Part shown: positions 1 to 10,537 of the stretch, one piece after another
Layout of the letters: every line of letters begins with the position of its first letter
Position numbering within the stretch: the first letter of the stretch is position 1
Assembly: GCA_049583555.1 (NCBI GenBank)
Contig: JBAUWA010000095.1
Span: forward strand, 6,533 to 70,532
DNA: 64,000 nt
Direction: 5' to 3'
Source of the DNA: Candidatus Dormiibacterota bacterium
GTDB taxonomy: Bacteria > Chloroflexota > Dormibacteria > Aeolococcales > Bog-877
Translations under genes and position numbers: made by a program
Notes under the pieces: model-generated
Seen by the model: the letters and a program-made list of their open reading frames with translations, nothing else
What the model was told of the DNA's origin: nothing
Databases searched by the model: none

Positions 1-596
1 ACCGTGACCTTAAGGGGGCGGACGTGGTGGTTCTGCCGGGTGGCTTCGCCTACGGAGACTACCTGCGCTGCGGCGCCATCGCCCGGTTCGCTCCCCTGAT
101 GGAGGCGGTGCAGGAGCATGCCCGGGCGGGCGGGCCGGTGCTGGGGATCTGCAACGGTTTCCAGATCCTCTGCGAGGCGGGCATGCTACCCGGCGCCCTG
201 CTCCGCAACTCCAGCCTGCAGTTCCGATGCCAGCCAACCTGGCTCCGAGTGGAGACGACCGCGACACCCTTTCTCGGGGAGTGCCGCCGGCGCCAGAGGC
301 TACGGGTGCCGGTCTCCCACGGCGAGGGCCGCTTCTACGCCGACCCCGAAACCCTGGCCCAGCTCAACTCCGAGGATCAGGTAGCGCTGCGCTACTGCGA
401 CGCCGATGGTCAGTTGAGCAACGATGCCAACCCCAACGGCTCCTTGGAGAATATTGCCGGGATACTCAACCGGCAGAGAAATGTTCTGGGGATGATGCCC
501 CACCCCGAGCGAGCCTGTGAAGAGCTGCTCGGCTCGGCCGACGGACTGCAGCTCTTCACCTCGGTGATCCGCCAGCTGGCGCTGCTGCCGGCATGA
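1..596 (+). CDS. purQ: Phosphoribosylformylglycinamidine synthase, glutamine amidotransferase subunit PurQ (5' truncated by window edge)
   Basis: ORF 24..596 translates to a class I glutamine amidotransferase with the GICNGFQIL and MMPHPER motifs typical of PurQ. The frame stays open to the window start. The stop overlaps the purL start (ATGA at 593-596). Confidence 0.9.
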   Translation, partial: RDLKGADVVVLPGGFAYGDYLRCGAIARFAPLMEAVQEHARAGGPVLGICNGFQILCEAGMLPGALLRNSSLQFRCQPTWLRVETTATPFLGECRRRQRLRVPVSHGEGRFYADPETLAQLNSEDQVALRYCDADGQLSNDANPNGSLENIAGILNRQRNVLGMMPHPERACEELLGSADGLQLFTSVIRQLALLPA

Positions 597-2857
597 AGTC
601 GGCGCCCGCCAGCCCACCTCCGACCAGGGAGGAGCTGCACGAGCTGGCCCTGACCCAGGGCGAGTACGAGGCGGCGGTGGCGCAACTGGGCCGGACGCCG
701 AACCGCCTCGAGCTGGGCATGCTCGGGGCGCTCTGGTCCGAGCACTGCTCCTACAAGACCTCACGGCCCCTGCTGCGGCAGCTTCCCTCTCAGGGGGTAA
801 GGGTGGTCCAGGGCCCAGGCGAGAACGCCGGCGTGATCGATCTGGGTGGGGATCTGCTCTGCTGCTTCAAGATCGAGTCCCACAACCACCCCAGCGCGGT
901 GGAGCCGGTGCAGGGAGCCGCGACCGGGGTTGGCGGCATTCTCCGAGACGTCTTCGCAATGGGGGCGAGGCCGGTGGCACTCCTCGACGGCATCCGCTTC
1001 GGTGATCTCGACGATCCCAGCCAGCGTCAGCGCTTCGCCAGGGTGGTGGAGGGCATCGGCTGGTACGGAAACTGCGTCGGAGTCCCCACGGTAGGCGGTG
1101 AGACCTACTTCGACGACGCCTACCGACACAACTGCCTGGTGAACGCCATGTGCGTGGGTCTGGTGGAGCGAGATCGGCTGGTCCGAGCCCGGGCCTGCGG
1201 CGTCGGCAACCCGCTGCTTCTGGTGGGGGCCGACACTGGCCGGGACGGCATCCATGGGGCCACCTTCGCCTCAGTGCAGCTGGACCAAGGCGCCGAGGAG
1301 CGCCGGCCAGCGGTGCAGGTCGGTAACCCCTTCTTGGAGAAGTGCCTGCTGGAGGCCTGCCTCGAGCTGGTAGACGACCCCGACCTGATCGGGCTCCAGG
1401 ACTGCGGGGCGGCGGGGCTGACCAGCAGCTGCGCCGAGATGGCCCAGCGTGGCGGCGTCGGACTTGAGCTGGCGGTTGACAGGGTGAGTCGGCGGGAACA
1501 GGGCATGACCCCCTACGAGGTGATGCTAAGCGAGTCCCAGGAGCGGATGGTATTGGTGGTCCGGAGAGGGAGCGAGGAGAGATTCCGAGCCGCCTTCGGG
1601 CGTTGGGGACTGCAGAGCGACGTGGTTGGCACGGTGATTTCCGAGCCGGTTTTCAAGATCACCGAGCAGGGTGTGGAGGTGGCTGCGCTGCCGCTGGAGG
1701 TGCTGGTCTCCGGAGTTCCCGAGCGCCATCCCCAAGCCCGGGCCCCATCTACCCATTCCCTGCTCGCCGCAGACCCGCTCGATCGAGAGCCCCCCTGGAG
1801 CCTCTCCGAGGCCTGGCTGCGCCTTTTGGCGTCTCCCAACTGCGGGGAGAGCCGCTGGGTCTGGCGCCAGTACGACCACCAGGTGGGGGATGACACGATC
1901 GTGGGCCCCGGTGGCGACGCCGCGGTCCTGCGACTGCGGGGCCGGGTGGACGGGCTGGCCATGACCGTGGACAGCGCCCACCGCTCGGCGGCTCTAGATC
2001 CCCGGCGGGCCACCTCGATCGCGGTCGCCGAGGGGGTGCGCAATCTGGCCTGCGTGGGCGCCGAGGCCATCGGGATCACCAACTGCCTCAACTTCGGGGA
2101 CCCCGACCGCCCCGAGATCATGTGGCAACTGGAGGAGGCGGTGGCGGGGCTGGCCGAGGCCGCCACCAGCCTGGGCATCCCCGTGGTGAGCGGCAACGTC
2201 AGCTTGTATAACCAGTTCGACGGCGAGGGTATCCCCCCGACTCCAATCATCGGGATGGTGGGGCTGCTCGCCGATCTCGATCGTCGCCTGGGCGCCGGCT
2301 TTGTCCAGGCAGGGGATGTGGTAGCCCTGGTCGGGGCCGGTGCTGGACCGGAGGGGGTCGAGTTGGGCGGTTCCGAGTACCAGCGACTGGCCCACCACGC
2401 GCTCGAGGGGCCGGCACCGGAGCTGGATTTGGTCGCCGAGAAGAGGGCGGCGGAAGCCATCCGCGCCGTCATCGCCGGGGGACTGCTGGCCTCCGCCCAC
2501 GACTGCTCGCTGGGGGGCCTGGCCGTGACTCTCGCCGAGTCCTCGCTGCTGGCTGGGCTCGGTGCCCGGATCAACCCGCCCATGGCTCCTCCGGAGGGAG
2601 CCGGGCCAGCTTGGCCCTACGGCTTGCTCTTTGGCGAGTCTCAGGGCCGGTACCTGGTCAGTCTCCGACCCTCCGCTCTGGGACCGGCCCGAGAGGTCTT
2701 TGAGCGGCACGGGACCTCCTTTCTGCCTCTGGGTGAGGTCGGTGGAGACGTGATCTCGATCGAGGGACTGGCGGAGATCCAGCTGGAATTGGCCCGGAGC
2801 GCTTGGTCCCGAGCCATCGTGGACAGGGTCGAGATGCCTGTCGGGAGTCCACTGTGA
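593..2857 (+). CDS. purL: Phosphoribosylformylglycinamidine synthase subunit PurL (FGAM synthase II)
   Basis: 754-aa ORF with two PurM-like domains ([27 protein letters not shown]). ATGA overlap with the purQ stop. Sits in purine-operon context. Confidence 0.95.
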   Translation: MKSAPASPPPTREELHELALTQGEYEAAVAQLGRTPNRLELGMLGALWSEHCSYKTSRPLLRQLPSQGVRVVQGPGENAGVIDLGGDLLCCFKIESHNHPSAVEPVQGAATGVGGILRDVFAMGARPVALLDGIRFGDLDDPSQRQRFARVVEGIGWYGNCVGVPTVGGETYFDDAYRHNCLVNAMCVGLVERDRLVRARACGVGNPLLLVGADTGRDGIHGATFASVQLDQGAEERRPAVQVGNPFLEKCLLEACLELVDDPDLIGLQDCGAAGLTSSCAEMAQRGGVGLELAVDRVSRREQGMTPYEVMLSESQERMVLVVRRGSEERFRAAFGRWGLQSDVVGTVISEPVFKITEQGVEVAALPLEVLVSGVPERHPQARAPSTHSLLAADPLDREPPWSLSEAWLRLLASPNCGESRWVWRQYDHQVGDDTIVGPGGDAAVLRLRGRVDGLAMTVDSAHRSAALDPRRATSIAVAEGVRNLACVGAEAIGITNCLNFGDPDRPEIMWQLEEAVAGLAEAATSLGIPVVSGNVSLYNQFDGEGIPPTPIIGMVGLLADLDRRLGAGFVQAGDVVALVGAGAGPEGVELGGSEYQRLAHHALEGPAPELDLVAEKRAAEAIRAVIAGGLLASAHDCSLGGLAVTLAESSLLAGLGARINPPMAPPEGAGPAWPYGLLFGESQGRYLVSLRPSALGPAREVFERHGTSFLPLGEVGGDVISIEGLAEIQLELARSAWSRAIVDRVEMPVGSPL

Positions 2858-2888
2858 CGCGGTCTGAATCCGGTCTCCACCCGAGGCC

Positions 2889-4409
2889 GTGAGGCGAATT
2901 CAGGCTATCCTGATGGAGGTGACCTCCAAGGCCGGGCCTGCCGCCCAGAGCCCGTTCGTGGCCAATCCGGTCGCGGACGAGCCTGACAAGCTGCACGAGG
3001 CTTGCGGCATCTTCGGTGTCTACGCGCCGGGCCAAGACGTGGCCGAGCTCTGCTACCTCGGGCTCTACTCACTTCAGCACCGAGGACAGGAGTCGGCCGG
3101 GATCTGCACCTCCGACGGCAAGGACCTTCACCTTCATCGCGATATGGGGCTGGTGGGTCAGGTCTTCTCCTCCGAGGAGTTGGCTCAGCTCCGGGGCTCG
3201 GTCGGGATCGGGCATACCCGGTACTCCACCACCGGCTCCTCCCGTCTCAGCAACGCCCAGCCCTTCACCTTCGACCACGGCCAGTTGGGGCCGGTCGCCC
3301 TGGCCCACAATGGCAACCTAACCAACACCCAGGCGCTCTACGCGGGGCTGGTGGAGGAGGGGCAGCACTTCGAGACCTCGAGCGACAGCGAGGTCTTGGC
3401 CACCCTCCTCTCGCGCACCCCGGGGGACCGGCTGGAAGTGGTCTTGCAGCGGGCACTGCCCCGGGCCCAGGGCGCTTATTCGTTGGGGTTCATCACTCTG
3501 GAAAGTCTGGTGGCGGCCCGCGACGAGCTCGGCATCAGGCCGCTCTGCATAGGCCGCCTGGGTCCCCTCGATGCCCCCGGGGGTTACGGGTACATCATTG
3601 CCAGCGAGACCTGTGCCCTCGACGTGGTCGGGGCCAAGCTAGTTCGCGAAGTCCGGCCCGGGGAGATCGTCACGATCGACCGGGAGGGGCTGCATAGCGT
3701 CAGCTTCGGGGTTCGTCGGCAACCGGCGATGTGCTCTTTCGAGTACATCTACTTCGCTCGACCTGACTCGGTGCTCCAGGACCGCAGCCTCTACGAGGCC
3801 CGGCGGGCAATGGGTATGCAGTTGGCCCAGGAGGCACCGGTCTCGGCCGATCTCGTCATCCCCCTGCCTGACTCCGGCACCCCGGCGGCAATCGGTTATG
3901 CCGAGGAGAGCCGGCTTCCCTTTGCTGAGGGAATGATGAAGTCGCGCTACATCAACCGCACCTTCCTTCAGCCCGAGCAGGGACTGCGCGACGCCGGGGT
4001 CCGGCTCAAGTTCAACCCCATGCGTCACGTGCTCGAAGGCAAACGGGTGATCCTGGTCGACGACTCGATCGTTAGGGGCTCGACCTCCCGCCAGATCGTC
4101 GAGGCGCTGCGTCGGGCGGGGGCGGTGGAGGTGCATATGCGGGTGGCCTCGCCACCGATCCGGTTTCCCTGTTTCATGGGCATCGACATCGCCAGCCGGA
4201 GCGAGCTGATAGCCGCCGGTCGGACCCTAGATGAGGTCCGGGAGTTGATTGGAGCCGACTCTCTCGCCTACCTCAGCCTCCCGGGCCTACGACATGCCCT
4301 GCGGACGGGGACGAGTGGTTCGGGCTTCTGCTTCGCCTGCTTAGACGGCGCGTATCCGGTGCAGGTCCCGCAGCAGTTGGAGATGGACAAGCTGGCCCTT
4401 GAAGGCTGA
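2889..4409 (+). CDS. purF: Amidophosphoribosyltransferase PurF
   Basis: 506-aa ORF. The catalytic N-terminal Cys follows a propeptide (CGIFGV). It has the PRTase motif VILVDDSIVRGST and the C-terminal Cys cluster of the Fe-S type PurF. The long N-terminal propeptide matches actinobacterial PurF. Confidence 0.95.
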   Translation: MRRIQAILMEVTSKAGPAAQSPFVANPVADEPDKLHEACGIFGVYAPGQDVAELCYLGLYSLQHRGQESAGICTSDGKDLHLHRDMGLVGQVFSSEELAQLRGSVGIGHTRYSTTGSSRLSNAQPFTFDHGQLGPVALAHNGNLTNTQALYAGLVEEGQHFETSSDSEVLATLLSRTPGDRLEVVLQRALPRAQGAYSLGFITLESLVAARDELGIRPLCIGRLGPLDAPGGYGYIIASETCALDVVGAKLVREVRPGEIVTIDREGLHSVSFGVRRQPAMCSFEYIYFARPDSVLQDRSLYEARRAMGMQLAQEAPVSADLVIPLPDSGTPAAIGYAEESRLPFAEGMMKSRYINRTFLQPEQGLRDAGVRLKFNPMRHVLEGKRVILVDDSIVRGSTSRQIVEALRRAGAVEVHMRVASPPIRFPCFMGIDIASRSELIAAGRTLDEVRELIGADSLAYLSLPGLRHALRTGTSGSGFCFACLDGAYPVQVPQQLEMDKLALEG

Positions 4410-4439
4410 GCCAGCATCACCAGGGCGGGGGGCGTCGAT

Positions 4440-5459
4440 GTGAGCCGGTACGCCGACGCCGGGGTGGACCGGGGCCGGGCCCAAGCAGCGGTGGCCCGCG
4501 TCGCCGAATTGGCGGCCACCACCCACGGCCCCTCGGTGCTGGAGGGAATCGGTCCTTTCGCGGCGGTGTGGAAGCTGGGCTCAGAGCTCCCGGGAGATGC
4601 GGTGCTGGTCAGCTCCACCGACTCCGTGGGCACCAAGTCCAAGGTGGCGGTGGCCCTGGGCCGACACCGCGGCATCGGTCAGGACATCGTCAACCACTGT
4701 GTCAACGACGTCCTGACCACTGGCGCTGAGCCACTCTTCTTTCTCGATTACTTCGCTACCGGCCGGATCGAGGCCGACGTGCTGGCGCAGTTGGCCGAGG
4801 GCATGGCTCAGGCCTGCATCGCGAACGGCTGTGCCCTGGTGGGTGGGGAGACCGCCGAGATGCCGGGTGTCTATGGCATCGGCGACTATGACCTAGCCGG
4901 CTTCCTGGTGGGGATGACCTCGGCGGGAACGCTGCTGGGCCCCAACCGGGTAAGCCAGGGCGACCTTCTCCTGGCCCTGCCTTCAACCGGGCTCCATACC
5001 AACGGCTACTCCCTGGTGCGCCACCTGCTGGCGAAGCACGAGCTCGAGTACGACACCCGCCTTCCCGGCACCGATGGACCGATCGGAGAGCTGCTGCTGG
5101 CCGTCCACCCCTCCTATCTCGAACCTATCCGTGCCCTCCGGAACGCGGGGACGGTCCACGCCTTGGCCCACGTCACCGGAGGCGGGATCATCGAGAACCT
5201 GCCGCGGGTCCTGCCCGAGGAGCTAGCGGCGGTCGTGCATCGCGACCGCTGGCGGGTTCCCGCGCTCTTCAACGCCTTGCAGGAGCTGGGCGCCATCCCC
5301 GAGGACGAGCTCTGGCGCTCCTTCAACATGGGGGTGGGGATGATCGCGGTGCTTCCCTCGAACACCGTCGCTGCCGCCGCCGAACTTTCCCGATTTGGCT
5401 TCTTCGAGATCGGCGAGGTGGTGGCGCGGGACGGGCCTGATCGGGTGCTGTTGCGCTGA
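4440..5459 (+). CDS. purM: Phosphoribosylformylglycinamidine cyclo-ligase PurM (AIR synthetase)
   Basis: 339-aa ORF with GTG start. It has the AIRS N- and C-terminal domains (SSTDSVGTK, GGETAEMPG). Confidence 0.95.
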   Translation: MSRYADAGVDRGRAQAAVARVAELAATTHGPSVLEGIGPFAAVWKLGSELPGDAVLVSSTDSVGTKSKVAVALGRHRGIGQDIVNHCVNDVLTTGAEPLFFLDYFATGRIEADVLAQLAEGMAQACIANGCALVGGETAEMPGVYGIGDYDLAGFLVGMTSAGTLLGPNRVSQGDLLLALPSTGLHTNGYSLVRHLLAKHELEYDTRLPGTDGPIGELLLAVHPSYLEPIRALRNAGTVHALAHVTGGGIIENLPRVLPEELAAVVHRDRWRVPALFNALQELGAIPEDELWRSFNMGVGMIAVLPSNTVAAAAELSRFGFFEIGEVVARDGPDRVLLR

Positions 5460-5470
5460 GTCCGGAATTC

Positions 5471-6106
5471 GTGCCTGGCTCAAAGGTGGGGGTGGGCGTT
5501 CTCGTGTCGGGCGCGGGAACCAATCTCCGCGCGATTCTCGAGGCCAGCACAGCCCCCGGCTACCCAGCCGAGGTGGTGGCGGTCGCCAGCAACCGACCTG
5601 GCTGTCTGGCATTGGAGATCGCCCGCAACGCCGGGGTCCCCGTCCGCTCATTCCCGGCCACCACCTTCTCAGGCGACGTTGAGGCTCGGGACCGAGCGAT
5701 GGCCGCCTGGCTATTTGAGAAGGGTGTGTCCCTGCTGGTGCTGGCCGGATATGACCGCATCATCACCCGGCCCTTGCTGCGAGCCTTTCCGGAACGGGTG
5801 CTCAACCTCCACAACAGTCTGCTACCCGCCTTCGCGGGCACCATGAGCGCTGTACAGGCCGCCCTCGACCACGGGGTCAAGGTGACCGGTTGCACCGTGC
5901 ACCTGGTCGATGAGAACTACCTGGATGGCGGTCCGATCGTGCTCCAGGCGGCTGTAACGGTCGAGGACAACGATTCGGCGGAGAGCCTCCTAGAGCGGAT
6001 CCACGCCCGGGAATGGCGAATTTTGCCCGAGGCGATTGCCCTGCTGGCTCGGGGCGAGATCAAAGTGCAAGGTCGCCGCGTCCTCAGGGTCGATACAGTC
6101 AGATGA
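5471..6106 (+). CDS. purN: Phosphoribosylglycinamide formyltransferase PurN
   Basis: 211-aa ORF with the formyl-transferase N-domain (VGVLVSGAGTNLRAIL, NLHNSLLPAFAG, HLVDENYLDGGPI). Its stop overlaps the purH ATG (ATGA at 6103-6106). Confidence 0.9.
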   Translation: MPGSKVGVGVLVSGAGTNLRAILEASTAPGYPAEVVAVASNRPGCLALEIARNAGVPVRSFPATTFSGDVEARDRAMAAWLFEKGVSLLVLAGYDRIITRPLLRAFPERVLNLHNSLLPAFAGTMSAVQAALDHGVKVTGCTVHLVDENYLDGGPIVLQAAVTVEDNDSAESLLERIHAREWRILPEAIALLARGEIKVQGRRVLRVDTVR

Positions 6107-7644
6107 GCTCTCGGCGCGCCCTTCTCGGCGTCGATGACAAGTCAGGTCTGGCAGAGTTTGCCGCCGGCTTGGATCGTCTCGGCTTCGAGCTGGTAGCCAC
6201 CGGAGGCACCGAGCGAGCCCTGCGCGAGGCCGGCCTGCCAGTGATCTCGGTGGCCTCGGTGACCGGACTCGAGGAGCTCTTGGAGGGCAGGGTGAAAACC
6301 CTCCATCCCGCCATCCACGCCGGAATCCTCGCCCGCCGCGACCGTCCCCGAGACATGGCGACTCTGGTGCGGCACGGCTACCAGCCCATCGACCTGGTGG
6401 TGGTCAACCTATATCCATTCGCCGAGGTTGTCGCCAGCGGCGCCGAGGAGGCTCCCGCCCTGGAGGCGATCGACATCGGGGGCCCCACCATGCTGCGGGC
6501 CGCGGCCAAGAACTTCGCCAGCGTTGCGGTGGTCTCGTCACCCTTGCAGTACGCAAAGGTGCTGGCCGAACTCCAGTCGGGCGAGCTCAGCCTGGAGTCG
6601 CGTCGGAGGCTGGCCGTCGAAGCTTTCCAACTGGTCTCGGCCTACGACGCCCTCATCGCTGGGTACCTAAGTGGGGCGCCCGATCCCGGCCGGGACGGCT
6701 GGCCATCACATCTCGCAGTGGCCGGCGAGTTGGGTCAGGCGTTGCGCTACGGCGAGAACCCGCATCAAGCGGGCGCCCTCTACCTGACCGGACCCAGGCC
6801 GTCCGGTCTTGCCGCTGCCTTCCAGCTCCAGGGGAGCGAGCTCTCGTACACCAACTGGCTCGATGCCGACGCCGCTTGGCGTCTGGTGAGCGGTCTCGAG
6901 GGCACCGCGGCGGCAGTGGTCAAACACACCAATCCTTGCGGTGTAGCGCGGGCATCAACCGCAGCTGAGGCCTTCCGCCGCGCCTTCGACTGCGACCCTC
7001 GATCCGCCTACGGCGGCATCGTGGCTATCAATCGAAGCCTGGATGCCGAGGTCGCGGCGGCGCTGACCAAGCATTTCCTTGAGGTAGTGGTGGCCCCGGG
7101 GATCAGGGCCGCGGCCCATCCCTTGCTGGCCAAACGGCCTCGCATGCGAGTGCTCGACGTCGGACAGAAACCCTCGGCCAATGCAGGCGATCTCGAGGTT
7201 CGAAGTCTGGACGGCGGTCTCCTGGTCCAGCTCCCAGACCCTGCCAGTGATGACGAGTCCTTGTTCCAGGTGGCGTCAAAGCGGACGCCCACCAAGGACG
7301 AATTGCGTCAACTGCGGCTGGCGTGGCGGATCGTTCGGGCAGTCAAGTCGAATGCCATCGTCCTCTGCAAGGAGGACCGGGCGGTGGGGATTGGTGCCGG
7401 ACAGATGTCCCGGGTGGAGGCAGTGGAGCTTGCGGTGAGTCGCGCTGGGGCCCGCGCCCAGGGCAGCGTTCTCGCCTCCGACGCTTTCTTTCCAATGCCG
7501 GACGGACTCGAGGTGGCGGCTCGAGCCGGGGTCTCAGCAGTGATCCATCCCGGCGGATCGCGCAAAGATGCCGAGGTTCTCGCTGCCGCCGATGCCGCCG
7601 GAATGGCGGTGATCGTGACGGGAATGCGGCACTTCCGGCACTGA
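6103..7644 (+). CDS. purH: Bifunctional AICAR formyltransferase / IMP cyclohydrolase PurH
   Basis: The internal ATG at 6103 (MSSRRALLGVDDKSGL) matches the PurH N-terminus (MGS-like domain), followed by the AICARFT domain. The longer ORF from 6013 is an upstream extension that overlaps purN. Confidence 0.95.
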   Translation: MSSRRALLGVDDKSGLAEFAAGLDRLGFELVATGGTERALREAGLPVISVASVTGLEELLEGRVKTLHPAIHAGILARRDRPRDMATLVRHGYQPIDLVVVNLYPFAEVVASGAEEAPALEAIDIGGPTMLRAAAKNFASVAVVSSPLQYAKVLAELQSGELSLESRRRLAVEAFQLVSAYDALIAGYLSGAPDPGRDGWPSHLAVAGELGQALRYGENPHQAGALYLTGPRPSGLAAAFQLQGSELSYTNWLDADAAWRLVSGLEGTAAAVVKHTNPCGVARASTAAEAFRRAFDCDPRSAYGGIVAINRSLDAEVAAALTKHFLEVVVAPGIRAAAHPLLAKRPRMRVLDVGQKPSANAGDLEVRSLDGGLLVQLPDPASDDESLFQVASKRTPTKDELRQLRLAWRIVRAVKSNAIVLCKEDRAVGIGAGQMSRVEAVELAVSRAGARAQGSVLASDAFFPMPDGLEVAARAGVSAVIHPGGSRKDAEVLAAADAAGMAVIVTGMRHFRH

Positions 7645-7699
7645 CCTCTGTACCGACTTTGTGTATGGTGCCGACGGGGATCGGAAGGAGGTTAGGCAG

Positions 7700-8431
7700 A
7701 TGAGCATCGTGCAGGGACGGCGGAGGCTGGCGGCGTGGGCGGCGGACGGGACGGCGCTGGCGCTGGCGTCGTTGCTGTTCATCGTCGACCTCTTTCTGCC
7801 CTGGTCTCAGGTCTGCGCTGGCTCGGTCCTGTTCCACCCTTTCCTCCCCGGAAACCGTGGATTCTCTCCCGCCATTGCCCACGCGACCGCCGCCTTCTGC
7901 GCCAGCAGCAGCAACGGCTTCAGAGGCGCGGGCGTTGTGGCTGCCGTGCTGGCCGGGCTCCTGTTTCTCTGGGAGGCTGCCCGGGTGGCGCGGATTTCCC
8001 TGCCCATGGGGTTCGGTCATCGCAGCCTGATCAGCGCCGCACTTGCGTTCGGAGTGGTGCTCTTCACCGCCGTGGATGTGGTGGCCCGTCTCAGCTGGGA
8101 GCACCCGATAGCGGGTGGGCTGATTTACGGGGGTTTGTTCATCTGGATAGCTGTGGCCCTAGCGGTTCTGATTGGATTTGCTGGGGTGGTGCACTGGCGC
8201 TTGTGGGAGGAGCAGGCTCCTGCCCGGGGATTCCCGGCGGGGCCGCTGTCACCCAATGAGACGGTGACGATTCCTCCCAAGTCGCCGCCTCCGCCCAGCA
8301 CATCGGGGGTCTGCCCTGCCTGCGGCGCGGTCAACCCCCCGGAAGCCAAGTTCTGTTCCAACTGTGGCCACAGCCTGGGTCCACCGGCGCCTCGTCGTCG
8401 CGCCCCTCGTCGCACTCCTCCGACCAGCTGA
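7700..8431 (+). CDS. Membrane protein with C-terminal zinc-ribbon (CPACG...CSNCG)
   Basis: ATG at 7700 is preceded by a strong SD (GGAAGGAGG at -9). Several predicted TM helices. The C-terminal C-x2-C-x13-C-x2-C zinc ribbon sits after a Pro-rich linker. No recognisable catalytic domain. Confidence 0.5.
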   Translation: MSIVQGRRRLAAWAADGTALALASLLFIVDLFLPWSQVCAGSVLFHPFLPGNRGFSPAIAHATAAFCASSSNGFRGAGVVAAVLAGLLFLWEAARVARISLPMGFGHRSLISAALAFGVVLFTAVDVVARLSWEHPIAGGLIYGGLFIWIAVALAVLIGFAGVVHWRLWEEQAPARGFPAGPLSPNETVTIPPKSPPPPSTSGVCPACGAVNPPEAKFCSNCGHSLGPPAPRRRAPRRTPPTS

Positions 8432-8526
8432 CGGCTCGCCCAGGCGCTACAGAATTCATGCCCTAAAAGGGCGCCTCTGCTGCGACGCGGCGGGCGCTTG
8501 CGGTACAGAAGTGATGCACGGTTCCG

Positions 8527-9996
8527 TTGCGATTGCGTCATCAAACAGTGAGGCGCTGGCTCGGAAACTCGGTGCAGAGCAAGGTACCGATGAAGAGTTA
8601 CTTCAGGGCGAGGAAGCCACGCGCGTCTGAGTGGAGGAGTCGTCCTCTACTCAGTTTTGGCTTGCGATTCTTCGTCTTCGTGACGCCGATTGCATTCGGA
8701 CTCGCGCTGGTATTGGGGCTCAGCGACGCGATTCGCCGGCCAGCGCAATTTCCCGCTCTGTTGGGCTGGTGGCTGCTGATCTCCCTAGCCGGCTTCGCGG
8801 CTCTGTTCTTGACCGAGCGGACGACACGGCGGCTCCTGCCATTGGCGGCCCTTCTCCGGCTCTCGCTGCTTTTCCCCGATCACGCCCCGGCGCGATTCGC
8901 CCTGGCTCGGCGGGCGGCCCGGCCCAAGCAGGTCCTCGCCCACCTCGAGCGGCTCGGCGAGGACGCTGATACCGCTGACATCAAGGTGGCTCAGAGAGTG
9001 TTGGAACTGACGGCGGCCCTCAGTGTCCACGACCGGGCCACCAGGGGTCATTCCGAGCGGGTTCAGGTGCTGACCAACATGCTCGCGGTTGAGCTCCGTC
9101 TGGGCGAGGCCGCCCGGGCCCGGCTCAGGTGGGCGGCTCTGCTCCACGACATCGGCAAGCTCAGAGTGTCGGCTCGAATACTCAACAAGCCCGCCAAACC
9201 CGACCCTCGGGAATGGACCATCCTCCGCCGCCATCCGGCCGAGGGAGCGAAGCTGGTGGCGCCCATCCTGCCCTGGCTCGGGGTGTGGGGCAAGGCGGTG
9301 GAGCAGCACCACGAGTGGTTCGACGGCAGCGGGTACCCTCGCGGCCTGAAGGGGTCGGAGATCTCACGGGCGGCACGGATCGTCGCGGTGGCCGACATCT
9401 TCGAGGTGATAACCGCCCCCCGCCCCTACAGCCGTCCCGTGGGGGTGACCAAAGCACGCGAGGAGCTGGTTAGGGTTTCGGGTACCCAGCTGGATCCAGC
9501 CGTGGTACGGGCGTTCCTGAACGTCTCTGTAGGAGAGCTGTGGCCGGTGGTCGGGATCGGATCGATTCTCTGCCAGGTGCCGCTCGTCTCAAGGTTGGTC
9601 GGGCTGTTGGGCAACGCCATGCCCGCTTGGGGCGGCTCGACCGCCGCCACCGCAGCCGCGGGAGCGCTGCTGGTCGTGGGCATCAACCACCCAACCGAGG
9701 TGAGGACGCCACCGCCTTCACCGCCCCGGGCGTCTCAGCCCTCTCGAGGATTGAAAACGACAGTCAGGTCACCCGTGGTGGCTCGACCCGACGCCAGCGA
9801 TCCTTCGCCGACTGCGCCCCTTCCGGGTGCTACCCCGACGCCTTCGCCGGTGACCTTGCCCGTGCCAACCCCTTCGCTAACTCCCCCACCGCTACCTCTT
9901 CCGACACCGCTAGACCAAGACCTGGGAGGGGTTACCGGGGCGCTGCACCAACTGGGCGGGGCTCTCCATGGTCTTCTCGGAGGCGGGGATGAATAG
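8527..9996 (+). CDS. HD-GYP domain c-di-GMP phosphodiesterase with N-terminal TM segments and Pro/Thr-rich C-terminal tail
   Basis: HD-GYP signature (HSERV..., LLHDIGK, HHEWFDGSGYPRGL). Two or three N-terminal hydrophobic helices. The last ~130 aa are a low-complexity P/T/S-rich segment. The start could instead be ATG 8590 (MKSYF...). Confidence 0.8.
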   Translation: MRLRHQTVRRWLGNSVQSKVPMKSYFRARKPRASEWRSRPLLSFGLRFFVFVTPIAFGLALVLGLSDAIRRPAQFPALLGWWLLISLAGFAALFLTERTTRRLLPLAALLRLSLLFPDHAPARFALARRAARPKQVLAHLERLGEDADTADIKVAQRVLELTAALSVHDRATRGHSERVQVLTNMLAVELRLGEAARARLRWAALLHDIGKLRVSARILNKPAKPDPREWTILRRHPAEGAKLVAPILPWLGVWGKAVEQHHEWFDGSGYPRGLKGSEISRAARIVAVADIFEVITAPRPYSRPVGVTKAREELVRVSGTQLDPAVVRAFLNVSVGELWPVVGIGSILCQVPLVSRLVGLLGNAMPAWGGSTAATAAAGALLVVGINHPTEVRTPPPSPPRASQPSRGLKTTVRSPVVARPDASDPSPTAPLPGATPTPSPVTLPVPTPSLTPPPLPLPTPLDQDLGGVTGALHQLGGALHGLLGGGDE

Positions 9997-10401
9997 GGAC
10001 TGCTGGGCCGCTGATCTGCCTAGAGATCGCGGGAGCGATCACGAATGATCACGATCACCGGAATGGCATGAGGCGCGCCGGCAACTAGGAGTTCCGCCGA
10101 GGAGCCACGCCCACATCCAAATCGTTTCAGCGGACCCGGTAACGATGTGATAGGCGCCAACACCAGCCCGTACGGAAAGAAGATCGTGTTGTAAAGCAAC
10201 GCCTGGGTAACCAACATCGGGACGCTCGGGAAGAGCGCTACGGTATTCGCGCACTCCGCCGCGGTGATCTCTGCGGGTCAGTACAGTTAGTTGCGGCCGG
10301 ACGCAATCCAAGTCGAAGCGCCGCACCAACTCGTGCATCGACCGCGGCATACCGCAGCTGACGTGAAAACGCATGCGCTCAGCGCCTAGGACCGAAGCGT
10401 C

Positions 10402-10432
10402 TTGACAGGAATCCGCATCGATCCTAGGATCT
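10402..10432 (+). promoter_or_regulatory. Possible sigma-70-like promoter (TTGACA-17-TAGGAT) overlapping a perfect 12-bp palindrome GATCCTAGGATC
   Basis: TTGACA at 10402-10407, a 17-nt spacer, then TAGGAT at 10425-10430. The palindrome 10419-10430 covers the -10 region. It sits in the 570-bp lower-GC region upstream of aceA. Confidence 0.3.
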
Positions 10433-10525
10433 TGTGATGGGCGCGGGGATCAATCAGGGAATGGCGGATTAGCCCCGAGCGGGGGATGTCGCCAATCTGA
10501 CGACTTCTTCTTAGGCTGTGGGAGC

Positions 10526-10537
10526 AACGTTTGCAAT
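10526..10537 (+). promoter_or_regulatory. Candidate operator upstream of aceA resembling the RamB box
   Basis: AACGTTTGCAAT lies 60 nt upstream of the aceA ATG. It matches the corynebacterial/mycobacterial RamB consensus A(A/G)AACTTTGCAAA at 10 of 12 positions. RamB regulates the icl and malate synthase genes in those taxa. Confidence 0.3.

Noticed and set aside
1513-2583. Long minus-strand ORFs (356 aa and 151 aa) inside purL. Similar antisense ORFs occur inside carAB (for example 55003-55428 and 56695-56967) and many other genes.
   Set aside because: They are antisense to strongly supported, motif-bearing genes. The products are low-complexity Ala/Arg/Pro/Ser-rich, a high-GC artefact of open frames on the opposite strand. 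None shows a recognisable domain.
10039-10374. 111-aa minus-strand ORF in the aceA upstream region as a live gene.
   Set aside because: Atypical GC3. It overlaps a second frame carrying the hydrophobic segment. No SD and no recognisable domain. Treated as a possible pseudogene remnant inside a regulatory region.
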